A DNA stretch of 48,898 bases from an uncultured Bacteroidota bacterium (GTDB lineage Bacteria; Bacteroidota; Bacteroidia; AKYH767-A; JABDAW01): assembly GCA_903911135.1 (NCBI GenBank), contig CAIWCG010000072.1, forward strand, positions 1-48,898, given 5' to 3'. The notes below the pieces were generated by a model, which was not told the DNA's origin, made no database searches, and saw only the letters and a list, made by a program, of their open reading frames with translations. Below, one piece after another: positions 8,197-17,505 of the stretch; positions within the stretch are counted from its first letter, which is position 1, and each line of letters starts with the position of its first letter. The translations under genes were made by a program, and so were the position numbers.

Positions 8197-8622
8197 ATGA
8201 AATATCTGACAATATTGCTTTCTGTTTTGTTTTTTTCATCTTGCAGTAAAGAACCCCATGCTATCAATTATGGAAAAGATATTTGCGAAAACTGTAAAAT
8301 GACGATTATGGATATGAAATTTGGTGGTGAATTGATTAACAAAAAAGGGAAAGCATTGAAATTTGATTCTGGAGAATGTATGCTTAAATATCTATATTCG
8401 CATCCAGAATTTAAAGTTGATAAATATCTAATAGTTAATTATTCAAATCCTGGTGAAATGATTGAAGCAAAAAAAGCTGTATTTATTATTGGAGGAAATG
8501 TAAAGAGTCCGATGGGAGGTGCTTTGGCGGCTTTTGCCAATAATGCAGATGCAATGAATACGAATAAACTATTAGGAGGTAACATAAATTCATGGGAAAC
8601 AATATCGCATATGGAATTTTGA
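8197..8622 (+). CDS. nosL: Copper chaperone NosL (lipoprotein)
   Basis: MKYLTILLSVLFFSSC lipobox and the CENCKMTI motif typical of NosL. ATG at 8197 preferred over the TTG at 8161. Confidence 0.85.
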   Translation: MKYLTILLSVLFFSSCSKEPHAINYGKDICENCKMTIMDMKFGGELINKKGKALKFDSGECMLKYLYSHPEFKVDKYLIVNYSNPGEMIEAKKAVFIIGGNVKSPMGGALAAFANNADAMNTNKLLGGNINSWETISHMEF

Positions 8623-9857
8623 TGCGTTATCTATCCTTTTTTTTCAATTGTTTAATTTTAGTTTTAGGTGCGGAAGCACATACGGTAAACGTGTGTGCTT
8701 CCTGTTTTGATAAGGATTTCCAATCTGCTATCAAAAATGCAGGTGTTTACGACACAATCATTCTTAAACAAGGCATTTACAACTCAATAAATACCATCAT
8801 TAACAAACCTTTGACCATTATTGGGGAGAACTTCCCTATTCTTGATGCAAAAAATCAGGATGAAGTCATTTCCGTTATTGCAGATCATGTGAATCTGATT
8901 GGTTTAGACATACGAAACACCAACGAAGGTAGCATAAAAGATTATGCGGGAATAAAAGTGTATAAAGTCAAATACATAAATATCATCAACTGCCAACTTA
9001 ACAATACTTTATTCGGTATATATATAAGTGATGCTTCCCATGTAATTATAAAAGGTAATCACCTAAAGGGCTTGAACTACGGCAAAAGCAATACTGGCAA
9101 TGGAATTCAAATATGGAAAAGCGATAGTGTGGTGGTGGAAGATAACCACTCCGAAGGTCATCGAGACGGAATCTATCTTGAATTTGCAAAACATTGTATT
9201 ATTAAAAACAATTTAAGCGAACAAAACTTTCGTTATGGATTGCATTTCATGTTTTCTGATGATGACACGTATATAAACAATATTTTCAAGCATAACGGCA
9301 CAGGTGTGGCAGTTATGTATACTAGACGAGTACAAATGATCAACAATAAGTTCATTGACAATTGGGGAGATGCATCTTATGGCTTATTGCTGAAAGATAT
9401 GACAGGTGGCCTAATATCTGGCAACACATTTAGCAACAACACGATTGCCATTACCATGGAAGGATCTGACAAGATGAGATTTGAGAAAAACGATTTTTTA
9501 AAAAACGGTTACGCCATTAAAATCATGGCCAACTGTATGCTTGATACCTTTATGCTAAACAACTTTTCAGGCAATACATTCGATGCTGCAACCAATGGAC
9601 AATTGATGGATAATCTCTTTAAGAATAATTACTGGGATAAATATGAAGGGTATGATTTAAACCATGATAAGGTTGGTGATATTCCATATTGTCCTGTTAG
9701 TTTATATTCCGTCATAGTGGAACAAATGCCTTATGCCGTGATGTTATTAAGAAGTTTCACTGTAGATTTGTTGAATCGAGCTGAAAAAAATATTCCTTCC
9801 ATTATTCCTGAAACATTCCAAGACTTCGCACCAATGATGTCAATGCATAAACGATGA
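8622..9857 (+). CDS. nosD: NosD, periplasmic parallel beta-helix copper-maturation protein
   Basis: About 410 aa with a signal peptide and repeated beta-helix segments (NxxxGIxL pattern). The start ATG shares its A with the nosL TGA stop, and the stop overlaps the nosF ATG (ATGA). Confidence 0.9.
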   Translation: MRYLSFFFNCLILVLGAEAHTVNVCASCFDKDFQSAIKNAGVYDTIILKQGIYNSINTIINKPLTIIGENFPILDAKNQDEVISVIADHVNLIGLDIRNTNEGSIKDYAGIKVYKVKYINIINCQLNNTLFGIYISDASHVIIKGNHLKGLNYGKSNTGNGIQIWKSDSVVVEDNHSEGHRDGIYLEFAKHCIIKNNLSEQNFRYGLHFMFSDDDTYINNIFKHNGTGVAVMYTRRVQMINNKFIDNWGDASYGLLLKDMTGGLISGNTFSNNTIAITMEGSDKMRFEKNDFLKNGYAIKIMANCMLDTFMLNNFSGNTFDAATNGQLMDNLFKNNYWDKYEGYDLNHDKVGDIPYCPVSLYSVIVEQMPYAVMLLRSFTVDLLNRAEKNIPSIIPETFQDFAPMMSMHKR

Positions 9858-10567
9858 TCAGAACAGAAAATATTGTAAAGAAATTTGGGAAACTTCAAGT
9901 TTTGAAAGGTGTTAATACACTGTTTCAAAGTGGAGAAGTTATCTCTGTTATTGGGCCAAATGGTTCTGGGAAAACAACATTAATCAAATGTATTTTAGGC
10001 ATGGTTGTTCCTGACAGTGGTAAGATTTTCTTTGATGGCAAGGATATCAGTAATGATTTCTCCTACCGGAAAGACATTGGTTTTATGCCTCAAATTGGCC
10101 ATTATCCTGAAAACATGAAAATTGGACAACTGTTTGCGATGATGAAGGATTTAAGACGGATTTCATCAGAATTAGATGAAGAACTTTTGGAGGAATACGA
10201 CCTTAATAACATGTATCAAAAGGCTATGCGAACCCTCTCTGGAGGAACCACCCAAAAGGTAAGTGCTGCTCTGGCTTTCATGTTTAATCCCAAAGTACTT
10301 ATTCTAGATGAGCCTACAGCAGGACTTGACCCATTAGCAGCAGAAATCCTTAAAGAAAAAATATTAAAAGCAAAAAAACAAGGGAAACTCGTGATTATAA
10401 CCTCACACATCATGAGTGAAGTTGATGAATTGGCAGATAGCATCATGTATCTGTTCGAAGGTAAGATTCTCTTCAATAAAACAATCATGAACATCAAAAC
10501 TGAAACAGGTGAGGACAAACTGGGTAAGGCAATTGCGAAAATAATGAAACAAAACAACCATGTTTAA
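9854..10567 (+). CDS. nosF: NosF, ABC transporter ATP-binding protein
   Basis: Walker A GPNGSGKTT, signature LSGGTTQK and Walker B LILDEP. Overlaps nosD and nosY. Confidence 0.9.
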   Translation: MIRTENIVKKFGKLQVLKGVNTLFQSGEVISVIGPNGSGKTTLIKCILGMVVPDSGKIFFDGKDISNDFSYRKDIGFMPQIGHYPENMKIGQLFAMMKDLRRISSELDEELLEEYDLNNMYQKAMRTLSGGTTQKVSAALAFMFNPKVLILDEPTAGLDPLAAEILKEKILKAKKQGKLVIITSHIMSEVDELADSIMYLFEGKILFNKTIMNIKTETGEDKLGKAIAKIMKQNNHV

Positions 10568-11327
10568 GATAAGCAAATATGTTTTTTACGATATCCTTCG
10601 AAGTAAGGTAATAATCGCGTACACTCTATTTCTTCTTATCATATCATGTGGTCTTTTCATTTTCCAAAACGACATATCAAAAAGCATCATCAGCATCATG
10701 AGCATCATCATGATCATCATTCCACTTGTGAGCATTGTTTTCTCCACTACCTATTTTTACAATGGCTACGAATTCATTGAATTATTATTGGCACAACCTT
10801 TAAGTCGTCGCACCATAATCCTGGGTGAATTTATAGGGATTGCATTTTCATTGGTAACTGCTTACTTGATCGGGGTTGGCATTCCAATACTTATTTATGC
10901 TGCAAACGCCACTGGAACAGTCATCATCATTTCAGGAATTGCACTTACCTTAACCTTCATTTCTCTTGCTGTTTTAGCCTCCGTGGCCACCAGAGACAAG
11001 GCTAAAGGGATCGGTATTTCCTTGATGCTATGGTTTTATTTTTCAATAATTTATGACGCAATCATCTTGGGCATCCTGTTCGCCTTCAGCGACTATCCTT
11101 TAGACAAAGCCGTTATCGTATTGGCATCATTGAACCCGATAGATTTGGGCAGAATAATCATTCTGCTAAAGCTCGACATTTCTGCATTGATGGGATTTAC
11201 GGGCGCAGTTTATAAAGAATTCTTTGGAAGCAACTTCGGACTCATTTATTCCATTTCCATCATGATTGTCTGGATTATTCTTCCGCTTTCCATATCCATC
11301 AAAATATTTAAAAAGAAGAATCTATAA
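10560..11327 (+). CDS. nosY: NosY, ABC-2 type permease
   Basis: 255 aa with about 6 TM helices. Overlaps nosF by 8 nt. Last gene of the nos cluster. Confidence 0.85.
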   Translation: MFKISKYVFYDILRSKVIIAYTLFLLIISCGLFIFQNDISKSIISIMSIIMIIIPLVSIVFSTTYFYNGYEFIELLLAQPLSRRTIILGEFIGIAFSLVTAYLIGVGIPILIYAANATGTVIIISGIALTLTFISLAVLASVATRDKAKGIGISLMLWFYFSIIYDAIILGILFAFSDYPLDKAVIVLASLNPIDLGRIIILLKLDISALMGFTGAVYKEFFGSNFGLIYSISIMIVWIILPLSISIKIFKKKNL

Positions 11328-11379
11328 TTATTGAAGATTCCTATTTTCGATGCTCAAAAACCGATTTTTAACTTAAATA

Positions 11380-11556
11380 GACATGGATTATTCACAATTA
11401 GCCATGGCAGATTCACAGTCTGCCATGGCAGATTCACAGTTAGCCATGGCAGATTCACAGTTAGCCATGGTAGATTCACAGTCTGCCATGGTAGATTCAC
11501 AGTCTGCCATGGCAGATTCACAGTCTGCCATGGCAGATTCACGGTTAGCCATGGCT
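11380..11556. repeat. TR-3: tandem array, about 8.4 units of 21 bp (GCCATGGCAGATTCACAGTYW)
   Basis: Each unit carries the 8-bp palindrome GCCATGGC. Four of six frames are stop-free, which produces the overlapping ORFs 11331-11682. Confidence 0.95.
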
Positions 11557-11602
11557 AAAAAATGGGATTTCAACCAAAATTGCAAATGTTTGGACGAGAA
11601 AC

Positions 11603-11731
11603 CTGCCATCGGGCATAGCCCTGACATGCCCAAGGTTATCCTTTTGTGCGTTGGCATTTTTGGGGGGGTATGGAAAAGATAACTGATGGCTGGCAGGTAG
11701 CACCAAATAACGCGAGGTGTCTGTCGGCTTC
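11603..11731 (+). repeat. Possible diverged relative of the AGCGG element (copy 4?)
   Basis: Patchy collinear similarity to 28189-28309: TGCCATCG..GCATAGCCC, CTTT(T)GTG.CG...TTTGGGG, and CGAG-N9-GGCTTC against CGAG-N11-GGCTCC. The stem GTTATC(C)TTTT/AAAAGATAAC replaces CCGCTGC/GCAGCGG around the same G-rich loop. Confidence 0.35.
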
Positions 11732-11798
11732 AAAAAAGAATTATTGATTATCCATTTTTAATTGAGCGGAGTTGAGTTAGATGTATCCCATTTATTTA

Positions 11799-11806
11799 TA
11801 CATTTG
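11799..11806 (+). promoter_or_regulatory. -7 promoter box (TACATTTG) for the POT transporter
   Basis: Exact TAnnTTTG followed by CCGC, 27 nt upstream of the ATG at 11833. Confidence 0.5.
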
Positions 11807-11832
11807 CCGCATTAATAATCAATAATGGATTT

Positions 11833-13371
11833 ATGGAAAAATCAATGACAATAGCAGAAATTCAGGACTTCAAAGGGAAGTATCCAAAACAGCTTTGGTA
11901 TCTTTTCTTTTCCGAGATGTGGGAGCGTTTCAGCTTTTATGGAATGCGGGGCATGCTTACCTTTTTCATGGTGAATCAGCTGATGATGGATGAGAAGGTG
12001 GCTAATCTTCAATACGGCTCTACCCAAGCGTTCGTGTATGCATTCACCTTCATCGGTGGCCTGTTTGCCGATAAGATTTTAGGGTTCAGAAAGTCCTTGT
12101 TTTGGGGCGGTTTATTGATGATCACTGGCAGTTTGATATTGTGCATCAATCCGAAGGACTTCTTCTTTTTGGGAATCAGCTTCAACATCATCGGAACGGG
12201 TTTCTTCAAACCGAACATTTCGACGATGGTGGGTGCTTTATACCACGGCAATGACAGTCGCAGGGACGCTGGATTCTCCTTATTTTATTCAGGAATAAAC
12301 ATCGGAGCGTTGTTGGGCGGATATGCCTGCATTGCGATAGGAAAAGGCAACCTTCTGGCTGATTTGGTACCAGAACATTTGCGATGGAATGTGGCCTTTG
12401 GTCTTGTTGCAATCGTGATGACGATAAGTCTGATAACCTTTACTTATACTCGCCACACCTTGGGGCCAATAGGCTTGTCCCCATTGAAACCAATCGAGGA
12501 CAAGGATGGTGACGGCAAACTGGATTCAGGAAAGAAATGGTATGAATATGCTGTATATATAGGCGGTTTGATGTCGGTGCCATTGATAATGAAAATGGTG
12601 GCGAACACGGTTTATACGGATTGGTTCATGATGATAATCGGCCCTTTCAGTTTGATTTATCTGCTATATGAAATGACAAAACACTCGAAAGAAGAAGTAA
12701 AGAAACTCATTGCAGCCCTTCTTTTCATCATTTTCTCCGTCATGTTTTGGGCCATTTACGAACAGGCCGGAGGTTCCTTGAGTCTGTTTGCCGCCAACAA
12801 TTTAAATGGCAGCTTCCTCGGAACGTTCACCTTGGATCCAAACGGTGTAAACAATGCTGCGAACTCCTTGTTCGTCATCATCTTCGCTCCAATCGTAGGG
12901 CTGTTGTGGGTAGGCATGGCTACAAGAAAAATTGAGCCGAATACGGTCATTAAGTTCGGGTTCGGATTCCTATTTTTAGGTTTCGCGTTCTATACGTTTT
13001 ATGCCACAAGATTATTTGCCAACGCTCAAGGTATCGCCACATTGGATGTCTTCACACTAGCCTATTTCATTGTCACTTTGGGCGAGTTGTGTTTGTCGCC
13101 AATAGGCTTGTCAATCATGACGAAGCTATCACCAGCAAGATTGCAGGGAGTGATGATGGGAATGTGGTTTTTGGCAAGTGCTTACGGTCAATATGCAGCA
13201 GGACTTTTCGGAGCAAGCATAGTTTCGGAGGTAAAGAATGCCACAACTATGGACAAACTGATTTCTTATACCGACGGCTACAAGCAATTTGCCCTCTATG
13301 CAGTCATTAGTGGCGTGATTTTGATAGCCATTTCGCCACTGGTAAAGAAGCTGATGCAGGACGTAAAATAA
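11833..13371 (+). CDS. POT/PTR2-family di/tripeptide:proton symporter
   Basis: 512 aa. PTR2 signatures FSEMWERFSFYGMRG and FGLFYSGINIGA-like. About 14 TM helices. Confidence 0.9.
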   Translation: MEKSMTIAEIQDFKGKYPKQLWYLFFSEMWERFSFYGMRGMLTFFMVNQLMMDEKVANLQYGSTQAFVYAFTFIGGLFADKILGFRKSLFWGGLLMITGSLILCINPKDFFFLGISFNIIGTGFFKPNISTMVGALYHGNDSRRDAGFSLFYSGINIGALLGGYACIAIGKGNLLADLVPEHLRWNVAFGLVAIVMTISLITFTYTRHTLGPIGLSPLKPIEDKDGDGKLDSGKKWYEYAVYIGGLMSVPLIMKMVANTVYTDWFMMIIGPFSLIYLLYEMTKHSKEEVKKLIAALLFIIFSVMFWAIYEQAGGSLSLFAANNLNGSFLGTFTLDPNGVNNAANSLFVIIFAPIVGLLWVGMATRKIEPNTVIKFGFGFLFLGFAFYTFYATRLFANAQGIATLDVFTLAYFIVTLGELCLSPIGLSIMTKLSPARLQGVMMGMWFLASAYGQYAAGLFGASIVSEVKNATTMDKLISYTDGYKQFALYAVISGVILIAISPLVKKLMQDVK

Positions 13372-13395
13372 TTTCCAATAATCAATTCAAACGCT

Positions 13396-14076
13396 GTGTA
13401 TCAAAAAGCAATACAAGTTGTCCGCCATTCCATCTTTCCTATTTTCCTTACCAAAACGGAGAACGGAAAACATATTCTTACCGCTGCTGGTTCTGGTTTT
13501 TTCATTAATGATAAGGGTTATTTCCTTTCGGCTCACCACGTCTTTCATTCCAATCCCGACCGAACCTTCATGCCAGTGTTTCTGGGTAATCTACCCTTCC
13601 AAACTACCAACAAGATGGTGGAAATAGAGGAAATTTATTCCGACCCAAGCCGTGATGTTTTTTTAGGCAGGGTGAGTAGTGAGTTTCTAACACCGGTAAA
13701 GATGAATTTCGAGCCACAAAATGAGGGAAAGTCGGTGGTACTTTCGGGATATCCCATGCCTATCATCACCGTCAATCCTCAACATGGAGGTTTCGAACTT
13801 GGCAATGTGAGGCAATACTGGCAGCCTACCATCATCATCGACCAGTTCGAGAAATTTGCCATGAATAAAGCAGTTCCAAACGTTTTCATGACACAGCATG
13901 CGGCACTGAATGGAATGAGTGGCGCTCCAACTTTCGATTTGGATGGCACAGTAATAGGCATGTCCATTGCCACTTCTAACCGCAAATTGCCACAAAGCGA
14001 TGGTGAAATGCGAGTTGACAATGGCATCGTGGTAAAGTTGAGTTCACTCCGAGATGTAATCGATTTGGCGGGATAA
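13396..14076 (+). CDS. Trypsin-like (S1/S1-like) serine peptidase domain protein, no signal peptide
   Basis: 226 aa. Candidate catalytic triad contexts SAHHV, SRDVFLG and NGMSGAPTFD. GTG start. Confidence 0.55.
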   Translation: MYQKAIQVVRHSIFPIFLTKTENGKHILTAAGSGFFINDKGYFLSAHHVFHSNPDRTFMPVFLGNLPFQTTNKMVEIEEIYSDPSRDVFLGRVSSEFLTPVKMNFEPQNEGKSVVLSGYPMPIITVNPQHGGFELGNVRQYWQPTIIIDQFEKFAMNKAVPNVFMTQHAALNGMSGAPTFDLDGTVIGMSIATSNRKLPQSDGEMRVDNGIVVKLSSLRDVIDLAG

Positions 14077-14198
14077 GCCCCCTACCCTATTCAACTCGAT
14101 TTCCTTACCTTCAATATTTAATAATATCAGTCCAAACATGTTTGGCAAATAGGTTAATTGCCAAAATAAACATCAAAACTCGTATTGACAACAAACAT

Positions 14199-14607
14199 AT
14201 TATTGGATGTGTTCAATACGACCATATTGGGTCAATACATATTAATGGATGTGTTCAATACGACCGTATTGGGTCTATCTATATTTATGAATCCAGTCAA
14301 TACGACCGTTTCCAGTCAATCACTAAGTAGTAATCCATTCAAAACGACCGTTTCCAGTCAATCACTAAGTAGTAATCCATTCAAAACGACCGTTTCAAGT
14401 CAATCAATAAGTAGTAATCCATTCAAAACGACCGTTTCCAGTCAATCATTAGGTAGTAATCCTTTCAATACGACCGTTTCCAGTCAATCACTAGGTAGCA
14501 ATCAATTCAAAACGTCCGTTTCCAGTCAATCACTAAGTAGTAATCCATTCAAAACGACCGATTCCAGTCAATCACTAGGTAGCAATCAATTCAAAACGTC
14601 CGTTTAT
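14199..14607. repeat. TR-4: tandem array, about 9.7 units of 42 bp
   Basis: Unit boundaries at 14199, 14241, 14283, 14325 ... 14577. Core AAACG-AC-CGTTT in each unit. The first 2-3 units are a diverged variant. Confidence 0.95.
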
Positions 14608-14627
14608 CCCAACTATTAGAATTTATG

Positions 14628-14650
14628 ATAATAGCTTCTTTTCAAGCCAT
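14628..14650 (+). repeat. 23-nt motif ATAATAGCTTCTTTTCAAGCCAT flanking TR-4 (identical copy at 45667-45689)
   Basis: Identical 23-mer in the same orientation downstream of TR-4 (20 bp away) and of TR-12 (69 bp away). Confidence 0.85.
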
Positions 14651-14693
14651 CATCATAAATTCATCAGGAAGAAAAGGAAACTCCTGATGATGG

Positions 14694-16190
14694 TTAAAAT
14701 TGGAAATAAATGAACGGTTTTACATCGGCACTCATAGTTTGAATGACGAGATAAATTACCAATGTAAGGATAATTGCCTTGATGAAGGGGTGCGATTTAG
14801 TGAAGATTCTCTGCCCCATTTCCTTGAATCTCTTGGGAATAAAATGGATGATGAACCCAAAAACGATGAGGGCGAAAACATCCTTGTATGCATCGATGAT
14901 CTTTAGGAATTCTCCACCTGATTTCATGAAAATAGCTGCCTGACTTATCAATTGCCCTGCAATGGTGAAATCTTTGGCCCGGAAGAAAATCCAACAGAAA
15001 CACACGAAATGAAAAGTGATCAGAACAGAAACAATTCTAAGCCACTTGCGTGGTCTTAACTTTACAATAGACTGGAAGGCCTTTTCGACAGCAAGAGCCG
15101 TACCGTGGAGACCACCCCAAATGATGAACTTCAAAGATGCTCCGTGCCATAATCCTCCCAAGAGCATGGTAAGGAAAAGGTTGATGTAGGTGCGAATTTT
15201 GCCTCTGCGGTTGCCACCCATCGAAATATATAGATAATCTTTCAACCACGATGATAAACTGATGTGCCAACGCCGCCAGAATTCGGTGATGGAGCCTGAA
15301 ACATAAGGCGCATTGAAGTTGACTGGCAAGTGAAATCCTAGGAGAAGGGCAATGCCGATGGCCATATCGGAATAACCAGAAAAATCACAGTAAATCTGCA
15401 AGGCATAACCATACATGGCGCCGAAATTTTCGAATGGTGAATAGAGCATTGGGTTGTCGAAGACTCGGTCAACGAAATTGCCAGAAATATAATCGGAAAT
15501 GACTGCCTTTTTGATCAATCCGGCCATGATGAGAAACAAGGCCTTGCCCAAATCTTCATTGCTCAAGAAAGGCTTTTTATGAATCTGCGGGAGGAAATCA
15601 GTTGCCCGAACGATAGGTCCTGCAACGAGTTGCGGAAAAAATGAAACGAAGAAACCATAGTCGATAATGCTGTTCAATGGTTTGATGTTTCCGCGATAAA
15701 CATCGATGGTATAGCTCAAAGATTGAAAAGTGAAAAAGGAAACTCCCACTGGCAAAAAGATGTCATAATGTTTGAAGTCGAGTGAACCGGAACTGGAGAA
15801 AATGCTTGTATATAAATCATGAAAGATATCCAAAAAGAAATTGGTATATTTGAAATAGGCCAGCATGCCAAGGTTCAATACCAGGCTGAAAACAAGGTAG
15901 AACGACTTGCGTGCCTTAGATAAACTGTCATTTATCAAATGCGATAGAAAGTAATCGACTATGGTGCTTCCGATTAGAATCAAAAAGTAAATTCCACTCG
16001 ATTTGTAGTAAAAGAAATAGGAAAAGAGAATGACATAAATGATTCGTCCACGTTGGCGATTCCTTAGCAATAGATATCCTGCATAAAAGAACAGGAATAG
16101 GATGAGAAAGAAGCCCGTATTAAAGAGAATGGGGCTCTTCTTATCGTAAACGAACAGGTTGAGAAACTTATCTATGTCTATCTGATTCAT
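14694..16190 (-). CDS. MBOAT-family O-acyltransferase (AlgI/DltB/PatA-like)
   Basis: 498 aa, polytopic. Conserved region FWRRWHISLSSWLKDYLYISMGGNRRG ... LWHGASLKFIIWGGLHG. Confidence 0.9.
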   Translation of the reverse strand: MNQIDIDKFLNLFVYDKKSPILFNTGFFLILFLFFYAGYLLLRNRQRGRIIYVILFSYFFYYKSSGIYFLILIGSTIVDYFLSHLINDSLSKARKSFYLVFSLVLNLGMLAYFKYTNFFLDIFHDLYTSIFSSSGSLDFKHYDIFLPVGVSFFTFQSLSYTIDVYRGNIKPLNSIIDYGFFVSFFPQLVAGPIVRATDFLPQIHKKPFLSNEDLGKALFLIMAGLIKKAVISDYISGNFVDRVFDNPMLYSPFENFGAMYGYALQIYCDFSGYSDMAIGIALLLGFHLPVNFNAPYVSGSITEFWRRWHISLSSWLKDYLYISMGGNRRGKIRTYINLFLTMLLGGLWHGASLKFIIWGGLHGTALAVEKAFQSIVKLRPRKWLRIVSVLITFHFVCFCWIFFRAKDFTIAGQLISQAAIFMKSGGEFLKIIDAYKDVFALIVFGFIIHFIPKRFKEMGQRIFTKSHPFIKAIILTLVIYLVIQTMSADVKPFIYFQF

Positions 16191-17505
16191 ATTTGTTCAA
16201 ACCTTTTTCAATGGCGTCAAAAAACAACTTCGCCTGCAACTCGTAGCCTGCCCTTGTGAAGTGTACACGGTCATATTGCGACAACCCGGATTTATACCAT
16301 GTTGCCACCGAATTCAATCCGCCCATGATGGAGTGAAAATCCCAGTAAGCAATGTTGTTTTGTTTGCAATAATCCTTGATCATCTCGGCAGCGGTTTGCA
16401 TGTCTGGATTCTTCAGGCGATAGCGTCTGTAGGAATCTGCAGGAGTGGTAAGCAAGATGACAGAATTGGGGTTTCGTTTTTTCACGGTGGTGAGGAAGTT
16501 GTTGAGATTATCGTAAAATTCGTCCTTCTTGAAAGGGGGATTGTAAGCATCGTTGGTGCCCAATGAAACGATGATCAAATCGGGGTATAAAGCCACCAGT
16601 TGGTCTTGAAAATAGACCGACTCGTTGTAGTCTCTGAACTCTGCTCCGTTAACGCCGATGGTATTGTAAAGAATTCCGCCGGAACCGTTTTCCAAAAGGA
16701 TGCCATAAATCTGCGAAGAGGTTTGAACCGTGTCCCTTTTGTAGGCATTGATGACACAGGAATGCAGCATGGTGTCCAGTTGCACCTCTGAAACGAAAGC
16801 CGGGCCTTTCTTGATACAAGAATTGATGTATCCCAATACAAAACCAGATGAATCACAGACGAAATAGTCGTATTCGTAGGCACTTTGGTCATGGAACAAG
16901 GTGAGTTTGTTGAAGGCATAACAAATCGCATCCGCATCATAAATATTAAGGTTTATTGCGGCACGCTGATTTTTCGTTCGGATGGTGATTCCGCAAACCC
17001 CGATAGGCATCGGGTTGTTCAGCATGACGTTTCGTTTTGCATCCCATTTAACATTGGTGGAAGACCTAAAGTTGTTCGTTCCATTGGTGTTCGCCAACTT
17101 GAAAGGAAACATCAAACCTCGGCCTGCATTGCCAAATTCACCTTGCAGCAACTTCCTTACTTCGCCAGAAAAGAAGTCGGCCTGAAGATGCGAGTCGCCA
17201 ATGTGAACGATGGATATTTTCTGCTTCCTATTGCTTCGCTGCTGCGACATCTTTTGGTAAAAAGAGGCCAAGGCTATAGAGTCATTCTCTATCTTGTTGA
17301 GGTTAAGTTTCAGGAACTTGTACTTTAATGAAAGGCCATCTTTAGGAAGCGTTACACTATCGGAAACCAAGGTCAGGCTGTCCATCTTTTGCGCCACGCT
17401 GTCTTTCAAAACGGTATCCTTTTGTGCAAGAACATTGCCCAAGATGACGATATTCAACAACAGGAAAAGTAGCAGCCTATTTATGTTTCTTTTCATAGTC
17501 ATCAT
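16168..17505 (-). CDS. SGNH/GDSL-family hydrolase or acyltransferase, secreted
   Basis: 445 aa with a signal peptide. Block I IVHIGDSHLQ, block III SLGTNDA, block V DRVHFT. Its 3' end overlaps the MBOAT start by 23 nt. Confidence 0.75.
   Translation of the reverse strand: MMTMKRNINRLLLFLLLNIVILGNVLAQKDTVLKDSVAQKMDSLTLVSDSVTLPKDGLSLKYKFLKLNLNKIENDSIALASFYQKMSQQRSNRKQKISIVHIGDSHLQADFFSGEVRKLLQGEFGNAGRGLMFPFKLANTNGTNNFRSSTNVKWDAKRNVMLNNPMPIGVCGITIRTKNQRAAINLNIYDADAICYAFNKLTLFHDQSAYEYDYFVCDSSGFVLGYINSCIKKGPAFVSEVQLDTMLHSCVINAYKRDTVQTSSQIYGILLENGSGGILYNTIGVNGAEFRDYNESVYFQDQLVALYPDLIIVSLGTNDAYNPPFKKDEFYDNLNNFLTTVKKRNPNSVILLTTPADSYRRYRLKNPDMQTAAEMIKDYCKQNNIAYWDFHSIMGGLNSVATWYKSGLSQYDRVHFTRAGYELQAKLFFDAIEKGLNKYESDRHR

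Noticed and set aside
11331-11682. Overlapping repeat-borne ORFs here and at 14142-14619, 21740-21971, 27358-27918, 40019-40400 and 45256-45708, considered as protein genes
   Set aside because: Several frames on both strands are open simultaneously purely because the 21-bp unit lacks stops. No TAnnTTTG box or convincing start precedes them. The sequence outside the repeat is short and low-complexity. I kept this only as a low-probability hypothesis in the findings.
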